A stretch of 63,379 nucleotides of DNA, filler included, from Octopus bimaculoides (GCF_001194135.2; 5 parts of 5 records of this genome joined end to end with filler, not necessarily neighbours in it), one strand, 5' to 3'; positions 41,921 through 55,716 are shown, counted from the whole stretch's first letter. Made by a program: numbers and translations. The notes: generated from the letters alone by a model not told the origin.

Positions 41921-42999
41921 GCTGTTGTCATGGCCGTGAAAGAAGATTAATGGTTGAAAGCTCTGCAAATACTGAAAAAAAAAATTGGTTGACTCAACGT
42001 TTATTCAAATGTTTATATGTGCAATTTGTTGTACCATAACTTTATAAGCTGTCTAACAAATTTGTTGACGTTTGCTTCTTTCAGTTTCAGCCCTTCGTGG
42101 TCTGAAATTGCTTTTCATTTTCAAATTGACCATATTTGAAACAAATGATTGCGTCGAATTCTTCAACACACAACAAGATAAAAAAAAATGATGAAACTTC
42201 CCCATTATTGGCTAAAACCAACACTAACAGCACCAGCACCAGTATTACTACACAGCCAGTGGCGTTCGAAACAACAACAATAACAACAACAAAATTAACA
42301 ACAGCAATATAAAGGCAAACAAAAAGGAACATGAAATCAACAAGAACATCTACGGAAACACAAACGTGAATATAACATGAACATTTTAAAATGTCCGACC
42401 AACATATGCTAACGTTTTCCACCTCCAAACCGACATCAGAAGAAAGAGATTCCCTAATGTTTTCCTCCGAAATCACTATCCCGAGTGATCAATTAAACCA
42501 GGTAAAACACATGATGACGAAACAAGGAAGACACATACATTTTAAAATCCTGTTCTCCGTCCAACAGGAGACAAAATGAAAAACGAAGAATTATAAAACA
42601 ATTAATTCGAAAATTAAGGAATTAAAAAGGCGACACAAAAAAGACAGAAAATAACTTAATCCAGTCTGCAATATTAAAAGTTTCGTCGCCATTGAAAGAA
42701 AGTGTGATATGGCAGAGGCGAGATTCTTTATGGAAGAAGGTGCGATACGACACATGACGAGAATGCTGAACATTTAAGAAATAGCGCTCATACCAGTTTA
42801 CTCTGGCCAAAGAGTCTTCAAAATTAAAATTAGTGACAATATATCAGAAATCAACATGTGCTGGTTGGTGTCATTAGTTCTCTTCTATATGGAAGAGAAA
42901 ACCAGCATTCTGCATATACAGTGGCTACGGAAACAGAACAGGGTACGGCACAACTTTATTTGGCCCTTGAGGTGTTACTTGTATGGTAATATGAATCCC

Positions 43000-43900
43000 C
43001 TTAAGTCACCTAGAGCACTTGGATTGGGAAATGTCAGAGGACTTGTCTCTGACACTATTTTCCGAGGTTTGGTGTTCGTACCACATCTTGCCATTTTTCA
43101 CACAGTTTCCAAAGCAACATTTTCGCTACCCCATCATATTGCCTCACCCTATGTTGGTTTTAAGCAAGTAGAGGGCAGTCATTTTCAATGGTTTCTCCAT
43201 ATCTGTTACAAATTCAGCAACGGAGACATTTGCACAATTATAAAGATAAACCTCCAAATTGTGGTCAAAGAATTATCTTGCACTGCAACTGTAGTGTCCG
43301 GTCTGTACATACCGAGAGGTCCCAAAGAATAGTTAAATTCCTCCCTCAGTTATAGCCACAAGGTGGTGCTTGTACCATTTGTCAGAAGTTTTGATTTCTG
43401 ATAAAGCCTTCCCCCTTTGTCTTTAACCCTGAGCTCCGTAGCCACTCATGTGTGTGTTTCTGATCTACTTCATCTTGTTTGCTACGGGACACATATTTGC
43501 CATGCTGGGATTTTTGTTCCCACCTATCAAACAATTGTTCAAACGTTTTGCAATTGATTACACCTTCTTTGCAACTACAGTTGCCGTAGTTGCATCATGC
43601 TGTTCAAACTGGGTATCATGTATTAACTCACTTGAAAATATTTTGCTCTCTTCATAACAAAATGGAGCTTCTTACGTTTTTCATGGTTTTCAACGAGCTT
43701 TGGCATTCAGTCGTTAGATGTTTCAAGATATTCTGGCAGTCCAATTGTGGTGCTTTTGAAGGAGATTTCAAATTGGATCAAGCCTCAATATCCTTGAGCT
43801 CTGAGTAGGTAAAGAAGATTTGTGCCTGCTTTTCGGTGGTGCATCTTATTACAAGTCAACAACGGATTTTCTTGTCAGTCTTCTTTATTTCGCTCATATT
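43000..43900 (-). mobile_element. Dong/R4-type LINE fragment (thumb to zinc knuckle)
   Basis: KMHHRKAGTNLLYLLRAQGY*GLIQFE and C*ICNRYGETIE..CPLLA..QYDGVAKMLLWKLCEKW motifs. Confidence 0.75.
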
Positions 43901-43965
43901 CCACTTCAACATACTGAAAATTGTAAATAACAACCGGAACATCTATCATTATTATTATTATTATT

Positions 43966-44510
43966 GAGTGAGAGAGCAGTGCATGCCATCAAAGTGACAC
44001 TGGGGTAAAATATACAAAGCCCATTATACCCATCATGACTACCCGTCTGATAAGGGTACACCAAGCACATGCATCACAACCACGCGACACGGTGATCTCA
44101 TATCAAGATAAACAGCGCATGACATCGCCGGTGGGGCCCAGTTAGAATTTTCTTCAGGGTGAGTAGCCCATCCCGCTCAAAAGGTCCCTAAATAAGGTTA
44201 GTTTAAGGATGTTGAGCAAAACATCCATGTTTCCAAAGGTGAATTATTTAAACCCCTAAGAATTCCTCTCAACACTATGGTGCTTCCCCACTACTTCTGT
44301 TCATGATCAGAGATGCACATATCGTCAGCCACCAAGGTTCATGTTCAACTGGTTAAGGTCAAACAACTAACAAGCAAATCTGTGGTATTAAGCAGAATAT
44401 TTGCTGCAGCCCATCTTTTTATACCAAGACAAAACAATGTACATGATAACACTTCCAATCAATTAAGATCAGAAGCCATGAGAGCCACTGCCTGGTACTG
44501 CATCCGGGCA
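43966..44510. mobile_element. ~545-bp non-coding interspersed repeat flanked by (ATT)n and (ATC)n
   Basis: A second copy is at 41402-41620; sharp boundaries at trinucleotide tracts; no ORF and no recognisable tRNA head. Confidence 0.75.
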
Positions 44511-44538
44511 TTATCATCATCATCATCATCGTCATCGT

Positions 44539-44607
<69 letters not shown>

Positions 44608-45722
44608 ATTGATATTACTGCACTTGATGAATACTATTATTATTAGTGTTATTATGATTGGCAGTAGTGGAAGTGGTGGCGGTAATGGTGGTGACGGTGC
44701 TAGTAGCCGTTCACTCAGAAGTTGACTCAAGAATCAAAGACATACCCATCAATAACAATCTGGAGACCTTCAAAGTGGTACTTGACTGCAGTAAATATTA
44801 TCTAAATATACAATATTTTATTGCTGGAATATCATGACTTGAAAGTTCGTTACTTGCTATTCATAGCATATACATGGAACACGTAGTATCACTTACGACT
44901 CATCATATGAATAAATACTGGTTGTTATCGGCGTAGTTTATCACCTGCCTTATTAAGCAGGTATCGAATTAAAATTCTTCTAGCCATGGTCATTCCGTAT
45001 ATGCCTTTTCCTCTACCATGAAAGTAGAATATTAAGTGAGGGAAATCTGAACGCTATTTCTAATAAAATAATTGACAGCAGTGGAGACTAAACTGTTGAA
45101 CCAGAAGTTGTACATACACGCGACTCTGCTTGAAAATTAGTCGGAAGGCTGTTTAAAAATTTTTTTTTATATCTAATCTAAGAGATTCGGAAAATAACAC
45201 ATTCGTACAGTTCATGAATGTAGCGCATATCTGAAGAAGTTTCTGCTACAAATTTTGCGTTGCCTTTGTTGATCTTGACACTGATGGTATTATGGTGGCA
45301 GGGCTTTGTTGCTTTTGTGTATTGGGTTATTGTGCTGTCAAAAGTAGGGGTCTGCTTTAGGCAGCTGCTGTGAACAGAAAGCATTTAGGTGTTTCGTCAC
45401 GTGACAGATTGGAACACTTGGGAGTGCCACAGTTTTTCTTTTCTTTGGCAGTTCGGTTAGGTTCTCTTGATTTTATTTGCAATTATATTTACATATCTAT
45501 ATACGACCACTTTTCTAAGTGCATGTTGTGAAACAATAAGTTTGCTATGTTATCAAGCAAAGTAGCAACCACCAACAGCTGGGTATCCCATTATCTGCCG
45601 TTAAAAGATGTAATACTTTAATGTATATTGTGCTCTCTTCTATTCCATTGATAAATACACACGTACAGACGCATGTATTTATATATGTGTTTGTGTGTGT
45701 GTTTGTGTGCATACATACATCT

Positions 45723-45762
<40 letters not shown>

Positions 45763-47858
45763 NNNNNNNNNNNNNNNNNNNNNNNNNNNNNNNNNNNNNN
45801 NNNNNNNNNNNNNNNNNNNNNNNNNNNNNNNNNNNNNNNNNNNNNNNNNNNNNNNNNNNNNNNNNNNNNNNNNNNNNNNNNNNNNNNNNNNNNNNNNNNN
45901 NNNNNNNNNNNNNNNNNNNNNNNNNNNNNNNNNNNNNNNNNNNNNNNNNNNNNNNNNNNNNNNNNNNNNNNNNNNNNNNNNNNNNNNNNNNNNNNNNNNN
46001 NNNNNNNNNNNNNNNNNNNNNNNNNNNNNNNNNNNNNNNNNNNNNNNNNNNNNNNNNNNNNNNNNNNNNNNNNNNNNNNNNNNNNNNNNNNNNNNNNNNN
46101 NNNNNNNNNNNNNNNNNNNATATTTATACCCATCTGGCTATATCTGACTATGTCTTCATCTAATATTTTCATAGAGATTAACGAATATTGCTATGTATTA
46201 CAGTGTTGCATTTGATAAGGGACACCGAACAGGTTGAAGCGAAGAATATTGTTTTGAAATAAACAATAAATTTCAAAATCCTTAATGTAAAAAATAAAAC
46301 TAAATTCAGATGACAAACCCCGCCGCGGCAAATGTATTATGATCGAAAACTTCGATATTAGAATATCCTTCTGAAAGAATAGTGATTTGTACTAGCTCTA
46401 CCCGTGGAAATTCCACAGTAAATACGAGATGTTTGAGTTGGTTGTAAGTTTATATGGAGCGTACAAATTAGTGTCCCTTTATAAACTGTATACCCTGCAT
46501 TATTTTCAGTTAAAAACACCATTCAGTCGTTCTGGATAAGGCTGTAATTGAGGTAGCACCACTTTGCATTCTCTCAGCAGTTCTGAGGTTCATTTATAAA
46601 TCTAAGAGCTTGACAATGAATGCGGTATGTATTGATGTCACCAATGATTTCAACCATATATTTACAGTTCTTTTGACGTTCCCTCTCATTCTACATTCTT
46701 GAACAATTTCTCTGATGTTTTAAATACTCACTCTATATTCTTTAGTTCATATGTTTCTTTCTACACACAGATGCGCCCCTGATCGTTCAAGTGATGCGAC
46801 TCTCGGTTTCTCTTTACGTCTCTTTACTGTCTCATTCTCCCTATTGTTAGCTTACATCGCCTGTCATCCTTATTCTATAAACACATATCAATTGTCACGC
46901 CAGCTGGCAATATATAATTGCACTTATATGTATGCGCTATGTGATAGGCATTATAAAAATGTTGTTCAATTAAAAAAGTGAACTGCGCTTTTATTATCCA
47001 CTCACCACCGCTACCCCAACAACGGTTACCACCATCATTTCAGTAACAATGCTCAGTATAAGTTGTTTGCCAACCAAGATTATATCAACTTATTTCAGTC
47101 AGTTGTTTGTTTATATCTACTTTTCTTGTGAATACAAAGTTCGAATAACAAATTTTAATAAGAATAATAACATTTTTGTTATTTTTAAAAACATTACCTC
47201 TTTTACTGAGTTATTTCGCTTTCATTGACAAATCCATCTGCCTATGATAAATTTATTATTATTATTATTATTATTCCTTTTTCTGTCCAACCATCAATGT
47301 GTTTGTCAATGTGGATAGGTAGATAAATAGATCGAGAGATAGAGGATATATAAAAAAAAACTGAATATTAAAATGTTATCTTCTTAGTCACAATTTTTTC
47401 AATTTCCTTTTGCTAAACACTTTCTATGTCGCCTTTCATCTCCTTCTCTCCCTCCATTTTTATTTCTCTACTTTTTCCTTCAACAAACTTTTTAACCATT
47501 CTTCACGTCGTTATCCTTTCTCTTCGTCTTTCTCTTCACCTCTAACTGTCCCTGACCACAGGATATCTTAATGCATCGGCTGGCAATAAAACCATTACTC
47601 CCTATCGCCTCTCGCTGTTCCTCTCTCTCTCTTTCTTTAACCCCACCACCCAAAAAAACACCGCTCTGCTAAACATTGTATTTCTAACGCCCTTTCTCTC
47701 CATGTGTCCATTCAACTAACTTTTTAACAACGCCATAAATATTACGTTCCCTTTTCCTCATGTCGTCGTCAACATTCTTTCTCCTCTTTCGCTCTCGCCT
47801 TATGTGACGGCGTTAAGCATTTCGGCTTCAGCGTAAACATATATAATTTTCTAGTGTA

Positions 47859-48052
47859 GGCACAAGGCTCGAAATTTTTGAGGAGGAAACCAGTCGTTTA
47901 GATCGATACATTACGCAGCTGGTACTTAATTTATCGACTCCGATAGGATGAAAAACAAAGTCGACGTCAGCGGAATTTGAACACAGAACGTAAAGACAAA
48001 ATTTTGCTAAGCATTTCGCCCAGTGGGTATACGTTTCTGCCAACTCGCCGCC
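47859..48052 (-). mobile_element. tRNA-derived SINE (family B)
   Basis: Minus strand starts GGCGGCGAGTTGGCAGAAACG...GTGTTCAAATTCCGC (A/B-box-like); same body as 18.4 and 32.0 kb. Confidence 0.85.
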
Positions 48053-48499
48053 TTATATGGTATAAGTATATAGAATCTATATATTAATACGCTAAGACCC
48101 AAATGTGTTAAGCTATATTATAGATGCTCATTAATAATAATGATAGTATTCTGTATGCTCAAGGTCTTGTAGACTCACAGCCTAATAGCTTAAAGTTGAA
48201 CCAACTTCTGAGGCGTACAAAAGTATTGAGGTCTGCTTTCTACAACTTATTTTTAAAAAGAAAAACATAATAAAGTGCTATCTTTCTGACAATTTCTTTA
48301 ACATCTGGTAACATAGAAGTGAGCGTATCCCGTTAATATCTAAACCTAAAGCACAAGCGAATGTAAGAAGAGACAAAATGACAAAGAATAAATAAATAAA
48401 TAAAGGTCAAAGAAAAGACTGGTGAAATAAAAGACCTAGCAATGAATGCAGTTCATGAAAGAAGACAAGCTCAGTATATTGACTTAAGACTACCACTAA

Positions 48500-49130
48500 A
48501 GGAAGTAGAACAACAGACTGAAAAGATGAAATAATGCAGGTGCTGATGAGTGAAGCAATGATCCGTGTGTTGAAGAGGAGGATGAAAATATTGAAACCAT
48601 GCTGGAAGAAATTATAATCGAACATACGAACGTCATCAGAATGAGAGACTGATGAACATCACAAAGAAATTATAAACATAAAATATTCCGGTGGAAGGAG
48701 TTAGGGAAATGTTGCCATCAAAGATATTCTCAACACAATTAAGCCTAAATTATCTGATCTTAATCAGCTTATACGTTAGCCAAATCAAATTCTTCTACCA
48801 AAATAAAATTTAAAAAATGAAGTATCCATCAGTCGCAGAAAATGCCTAGATGGAAAGAAATGCTAGAAGAAACATTTGGAAATTAGCAAGAGAATGGATG
48901 TAAGAAAAATGTAAAGACAAGGAAAAGTTTAACAAGACAGAAGTCATTCCCAATAGAAGAGCAACTTAATTGGAAAACACAAGTCGGAACATAGGAATGC
49001 AAAATAAAAGAAGAAAATTTCATAAGAGAATCAATCTGAAAAAATGGTGTCAGTTTAGCGAGTCATACAAAGAAGTCAATAATAGTTAATAAAGCACCAA
49101 GTAAAGTGTAGGTTGAGCAATTTTGAAGTG
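48500..49130 (+). mobile_element. Probable Dong/R4-type LINE N-terminal ORF remnant
   Basis: Purine-rich decayed ORF with LSDLNQLI and PRWKEMLEE motifs resembling the pre-RT region of this clade. Confidence 0.4.
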
Positions 49131-49268
49131 GGGGCAATTGTGGTGAAATACTACTCCCGTATTGTTTTTATATGATGCGTGTATGCATTATGTTGTGGGC
49201 GGATAGCACGGAGTTCAAGCCTTGTGTGTATCTTAAAGGCGATGCCAACATCATTTGGACAGTGCTAT

Positions 49269-49313
<45 letters not shown>

Positions 49314-49318
49314 TTATA

Positions 49319-49395
<77 letters not shown>

Positions 49396-49712
49396 ATTAT
49401 GATGTCGTGTTTTCCACAGTTTAAATGTGCAGTCACTGTTGTGACTAGCTGTTTTATCTACTCTAGTAGCCACGGTATTTTCTTGGTGTCGGATACAGTG
49501 TATCTATTCTATACCGGAATGGTAGTACACCGCTTCGGCTATCATGCTATCGCTGATAGCTCTGCAAGACACCGAATTTGAACTGTTTACCTTGACTGTC
49601 AATTCGAACTGGAATATAACACGTAACTGACACTTAACTCCAACTGAGAACACGTACAACGATTGACACACGACTCGATTTCCTCATGACAAACTATTTT
49701 ATCTCGTTTGCG

Positions 49713-50562
49713 TCAAATTTTTGTCATCTTAGTTCTGCAGTGCGATTTAATATGTCCAGTATTCCCACAACAAAAACACTTCCTTGTCTTGAAGGGACGG
49801 TTTTTCCTCGGATGCATACTACCACGTGCTGTACAGGGGTTTATACCGTGATGTTTATTGCGTTACTTGTGGTACACTTTATCCGTCTTAAGACTCTTCC
49901 GCACTGGTTTTACCCGGAAACAATCTTTGCATTGTATTTCCTGCCTCGTGTCTTACTTTTAATAACATATCGCATTCTTCTGGCAATTTCTTCATGGTTA
50001 TATCCTGCTTCACTTCCAGCTTTGCAAGAATTTTCGTTCTGACTGCTGTGTCTTCTTTATCACTAAGTCCCTGTGCAAAAAATCAGGCATGTGAACGAAT
50101 CTGGAGTTAGTTTTTCCAGTTTAAACCTCTTGCATTCCCTGTTCACTCTAACCACATATGTACTAAAGTCTTTGTCATCGCTTTTCTCAATGTTTAAACA
50201 CTTACAAGGTGTGTTGAACGACGGTGTTTTTTTGCTGAACATCTTACATAGAATGTCAATTGTGTCCGTAAAATTTGTCAGATTGTTTTAGGAAATATAA
50301 AATTACTGTATGCTTCATACTCTGTTGTCGCCAATTTCAACAAAATTAGACGCCTTTGCATTTCGCCAGTCCAGTCTGGACATTCTTTTTCGAAACTTAG
50401 TAAAAATCTTCGCTAATATGGCTCAAAGGGGACTCATTCTTTTGGGCCATATTTAAATTCACTTATTGAATTCGCTACATCGCTTGGCGAAAATATATTT
50501 TCTGGTTTTGTTAATAACTTTATAACTTCCTGCGCGTGAATTTCTTTTCTTAACGTTTGCAT
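49713..50562 (-). pseudogene. Gypsy gag pseudogene with CCHC knuckle
   Basis: ANSISEFKY...RRLILLKL...YVVRVNRECKRFKL...FTCLIF..GL...VRTKILAKLE motifs and CFCCGNTGHIKSHC at 49737-49778; contains stops and frameshifts. Confidence 0.85.
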
Positions 50563-50813
50563 GAATTGTTTATGTCCTCGACGCCATTGTTATGATATAA
50601 TGTTTTCTACAGTAATAGTGTGTGTCTACTGTTCTGACTGTGGCTGTTGTATGTACTCTAATAGCCACGATATTTTCTTGGTATTTTCGCTGGTAGCTCT
50701 GCAAGACACCGTATTTGTACTATGTACCTTGACTGTAATTCGAACTCGATTATAACACGTAACTGATACTTAACTCCAACTGAGAACACGTGCAACGATT
50801 AACACACGACTCC

Positions 50814-53205
50814 TTTTCTTTATTTGGCACCCAGGCCTTAATATAGAGGGGACAGCACAAGGACAGACAGAACACCACAGCGGGGCCAAAAAACATAAAA
50901 CGAATGAAAAAATGAAGATGTATATAAACATGATAAATTAAGGATGATGGAATTATTTCTTTATTCTATGCAAAAGACCCAAACACGAGGGACATACACA
51001 GACATGCGCGGACAAAAAAAAACACACATGAAAGGGTGAATGCAAAATGCATTAATTCCAATGAAAATGAGACGGCCACCTCGGCTCCGTTATGAGATGA
51101 AACCATGATTTCATTTTCTTTTTAACCGTACATTTTAACGTAAAAGTTTTTACCAATGTTCATTCAACCGAGACGGTTACAGGATTTATTTCTTTTTTAA
51201 ACAAAAGTTTAACAAAAAGACTTTTACGCGTCTTTTCACAGTCTTTAAAACAAATCATAACTTCCCACATTATCTTCTCGTTTATATCAACATAATCCAC
51301 CACCAAGGGGCGAGGTTCAATAACCACCTCTGGCCCCAGTGGGTTCACGTCGGCAGGCAAAGCCTCTTTCAATGCTCTATACTTTATATCATCCATAAGA
51401 TACACCTCATGTTCTTTTCGTCACCATCTTCTAAGTTCACTTTTACTATGCCTTTCAATTTTGAAATTCTTCTCTCTTACTTTTGGGTTGTCCTATATTT
51501 CACTAGAAAAAAATCCTTTCTTCTGTGTGTGTCTTGTATGTGTGTATTTTGTAACTGTGTCTGTGCTTTTCTGTTTCTGTAATTCTAAGTTATCCTGCGA
51601 ATGTCTGTTTATGCTTCTCTGTGACTGTATGTCACTGTGTCTGTGTGTTTGTGAGTCTCTGTGCTTGTGTGACTGTAAATCTGCGTGTTCTGTCTGTGTG
51701 TCTGTGCAATCAGATTCCTGTGATTCTGTGTTATCTTGTATCTGTTTGTCTATATTTCTGTGTGTTTGTGTGTCTGTGGGTTTGAATGTTTATCTACTTG
51801 AAAGTCCTTTCTTTTGCTTGCTAATAAATCCTCATCTGTAGCATTTTTCACTGGTGATCCCACTGGCGAATTTTTCCTGCTTCTCGTCGTAGGTTGGATT
51901 ACTTCTTCTTCCAAGGTTTTGTACTTTTTTCTGTTCCATTATCGTTGGTGAACTCCTCTCTCTTTTTCTTGATTTCACGTCCACAAAATCAACGTCATAT
52001 TCAGTTATCTGATTCTGCTTTTGAGTCCTGCTTATCATGCCCATCTTGCTCTCTTCTCCGATAAATATCGCCGTTATTATCCACTCAGGTTGCATCCACA
52101 GTGGGATTCTTCCCATCCTAATTCTAACAATTCGTTCATTAATTTTGTTGGTGTCTCTTATTCCTGTTCACAACATTGAAGGATTTCTCCACTCTATCTT
52201 TCTCTGTCACCGGTATCACCATTTCTGCACTCTGTTCTTCACCATTCTTCTTCTCCTCTTCGTTTTCCTTCTGAGGGCACATTACTTTCATGTGCCCTTT
52301 CTTAGCGCATAGGAAGCATGTTGGCGGTCTGCCTTCTACTATTACTCAAAGTCTGGTGTTTCTGGGTGTATGATTTCCTCTGTGATGCCATACAGGTCCT
52401 TTAAGCTCACCTGTATGGCCATCTTGAGGCCATATCCCCAACCATTGACCCTTTTGGTCCTCGTTATCCTGAGGATTTTTACCTCATCCTACATATCGTG
52501 TATCATGACTGCCACCAGCCATGGTTCCTTAATTTCGGCGGGCACTCCGCCAATTCTTACTTTAGCAACAACGCGTTTGCCACAGTACGTCGGCAGAAGT
52601 ACCTATTCCGGTGTCCTTATCGGCGCAGTGGAGTCGCGTATGGTAACTTCTTCGTTGCCAAACCTTACGTCCACTGTGCAGTACTTTCTTCCACGTGTAT
52701 AAAAAGAGGTTAACCTTTTAACATCTTCAAGGCACTTCTCTATTGGCTCTATCGAGGCAACCTCTATCATGTCCGAGGATGTGGACAACGTCCTGTATAC
52801 CATCGTCTTCTTTGCCACATTCTTTTTCAATTCTTCTCGAGGAGTCAGCCTTAAACTGGTTCGTTCAGTTTCTAGCAGTTTGCTTCCTTCGTTATATTTT
52901 CTTGCCTCAATTTCTATTTCCTGAAATTCGAGGGTGTTGGCATTTATACCTCACGTTGTTGCGGATGCGTAACATTGTCCACGCTCCATCTCTCTTCCTT
53001 TCTCTACTTCTCCCATAGATGGGGAATAAACAAATTCATATAACATGCAAAAACCAGCGACAGAAAATTCAGGAATATTTACAATTTAACAAATCGTGGC
53101 ACACCCACACGGGGAGACGCTCTACAAATATATTAATAACAATGTTTAAGAATTCGAACTCAAGTTGAAGAAAACACTATCAGACACCAGAAAATACTGA
53201 CATAT
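50814..53205 (-). mobile_element. Tx1/L1-like non-LTR element with ORF1 only, 6-bp TSD
   Basis: GACTCC is duplicated at 50808-50813 and 53206-53211; 3' end AATAAAGAAAA; no EN or RT motifs recognised. Confidence 0.75.
51160..53016 (-). pseudogene. Tx1/L1-type ORF1 (gag-like) pseudogene
   Basis: MGEVEKG...CYASATT, LLPTYCGKRVVAKVRIGGVPAEIKEPWL, VIVEGRPPT-CFLCAKKGHMKVMC (CCHC at 52277-52318), then a low-complexity T/D/Q/S region; multiple stops. Confidence 0.78.
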
Positions 53206-54006
53206 GACTCCCCGTACTAGTTGATGTCGTCTCACTTATAGTGATTTTCCTCATACCACTTGCCTCGTGGGCGGGCGTACCATTTATACTACAACAATTT
53301 ATATGTATATATATATACATGCACACACACATATACATACATGTATACAAACCATACGCCTTCCCTTCTAAACGCATTTGCAAGGCGCTTTGAATGCATT
53401 TAATTAAAGGCACTTCTCTGTTGCCTTTGCATTGCCTGTTCATCTAATGCTGCTGTGGCAAATATGAGAATCACCATCATCATCGTCATCATCATCATCG
53501 TCATCGCATTTACAACAGTTCATGCAAACTGCATCACCAAGCATATAATCACAACTGTAGCAATGTCTTTTGGGGATATAGAAATGTGTTAGTACATGAC
53601 ATCTGTTTTGAATTGTTATAATATTTGGTTTGTAAACTGTTTTTGTTATTTTACTGTTTGCATTGTGCAGTTTATATGCAGTATAGAATTTGTGTTACTT
53701 TGCCTGGTGACGTTAGATTTTCGTAAGTACCCTGTTATTAATGGCATGTGTTTTGCTGTCGGTCGCTGAGTGTGCAGAAAATGTATTACACTCTTTAAGG
53801 GATTTTCGTGCAGTAAGAACTGTGCGTTGTTTTGTCGTATGTTCGTGTGGTCGTTATATAAATACATAGATACTGTGTTGTGAGAGAAAGAACATATATA
53901 CATATATACATATATACATAAATACGTACACATGCATAAACATGTGTATACACACACACACACACACACAGAAACACATACGCAGATATGTATACATATA
54001 TGTATC

Positions 54007-54056
<50 letters not shown>

Positions 54057-55009
54057 AGTGTATATATAACTTAAGTGTTGAGTATGTTTTGTTAGTTTGT
54101 TACTGTATGAATTCTGCTGTACATTTTTGATCTAAGAATGAATTTGTGTCGGTGTATGTCTGTCTGTGTGTCTGTGTGTCTGTGTATGTGTGTATTTGTG
54201 TATTGGAAATTAATGAAAAACTGAAGATTTCTTTAGTCATTAGTTTGTTTCAGGTGCGAACACGTTTGTAACCGAGTTGCATTTTGCTATCCACACACTT
54301 CCAGGAGCATTTATTTTCATAATCAATGGAACGTCTTCGAGTCTTTTAAGATATTTTTTTCATAACCGATTAACGTGAAATGTCTAATATAAAAATTAAA
54401 ACAAGCTAATATATTTTTATTGACCTTAATTATCTCTTTCCTTTTTACTCAATGAATTTTTGCTAAAGATGGCAATAAAATATGTAATTGATCCTTCACA
54501 ATGATTTAGATTTATGGCTCATGTAATACTAAAATTTGTACTTTATGGTGTGATTTTCGGCGTCCGTATTAATATAATTATAGCTTATAGGGTTACTTAT
54601 TCTGTAAGTTCATACTGTTGGTAATGTATCAATGCTTATGTTTATATATTTGTAGTATATTTGTTAAGAACGATAAATAGGGTTAGATGCATTACAAATT
54701 TTTGAATTTAGTAAAAAATGAATAACTATTTGAAATATATTCTTCCACAGAGTATATGTCCCCAAACTTTGGATGCGCAACGAATTGCAATATTGTCTTC
54801 AAGACAATCGTAACCATTTGCTCTAACTTGTTCAGGTACATAATATGTGTGTGTGAATGTGTGTATATATATATACATGCACTGCACCCTGCATATAGAG
54901 GACCTGAAAGCACATTAATTCCAGAGTTGCTGGTAGTGGGAAACTTGAGGAACAGTATGTGTAACGATGCATCATTTTATATGTAGATTATTAAAATGAC
55001 GACAATGTG

Positions 55010-55520
55010 TACACAAGTGGAAGGTCCTCTAAACAAGAGACCAAGAAGTCATAGTATCCCAGTCGAGGACCTGTGTACTCAGTAACCTGGACTACTGCAC
55101 TCAGTGTTCTCACCACATAACATCAAGCGAATAGCCTAACTTGAAGCCGTCGAACTTAGCTCCACTAAAATGATTGTAACATTGCAGCAGATAAGCTACA
55201 AGGATAGGCTGAAAATTCTACGAATTTACTCCTTGCAGGGAAGACGAAACAGATATGTAATTGTAAACATATAGAACATTCTGAAAGGGCTAGTATCTAA
55301 TTTCGGCATTGCATGTTATATGCACGCCCAAAGTGGACGACATTGTATTGTGAGAAGGGTGACGAACCCCAGCCATCCAAAGTCAGAACCTGGTACTGCA
55401 AAAAGTTGAAAGGCCACAACACTGCAACACACTCCGAAAATAATAAAGAAACCTACACAATGTGGACGTGGATGTTTTCAGGAATGAACTGGACATTCTC
55501 CTCTCCCCAATAAAGGCCTG
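55010..55520 (+). mobile_element. CR1/L2-group LINE 3' fragment
   Basis: LDYCTQC...ISYKDRLKILRIYSLQGRRNRYVIVNI*NILKGLVSN matches the SY.ERL..L.LYSL.RRR motif. Confidence 0.82.
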
Positions 55521-55673
55521 CAATGCGACAACAAAAAGGTAAACAGATATAGAAATGTGGTGATATGGAATCCGACCACCATGATGAAATAAACGAATGA
55601 AGAAGGATAGGGAATAAATGCAAAATCACGGTGGTACTGTCGCATAGCTGAAAGGAATTAAAGAATATATGTA

Positions 55674-55716
<43 letters not shown>

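Larger units (their letters stand above)
49395..53296 (-). mobile_element. Gypsy-type LTR retrotransposon, gag-only, with its 5' LTR interrupted by a nested insertion
   Basis: 3' LTR 49395-49686; 5' LTR 50588-50813 plus 53206-53296 (starts TGTTGTAGT and ends CATAACA on the minus strand); PBS-like TGGCGTCGAGGAC at 50586-50574; gag lies between the LTRs. Confidence 0.8.

Noticed and set aside
45178-45384. Possible exon after a good minus-strand acceptor (TTTCTGTTCACAG)
   Set aside because: There is no clear donor or recognisable domain, and both strands give similarly plausible short frames.
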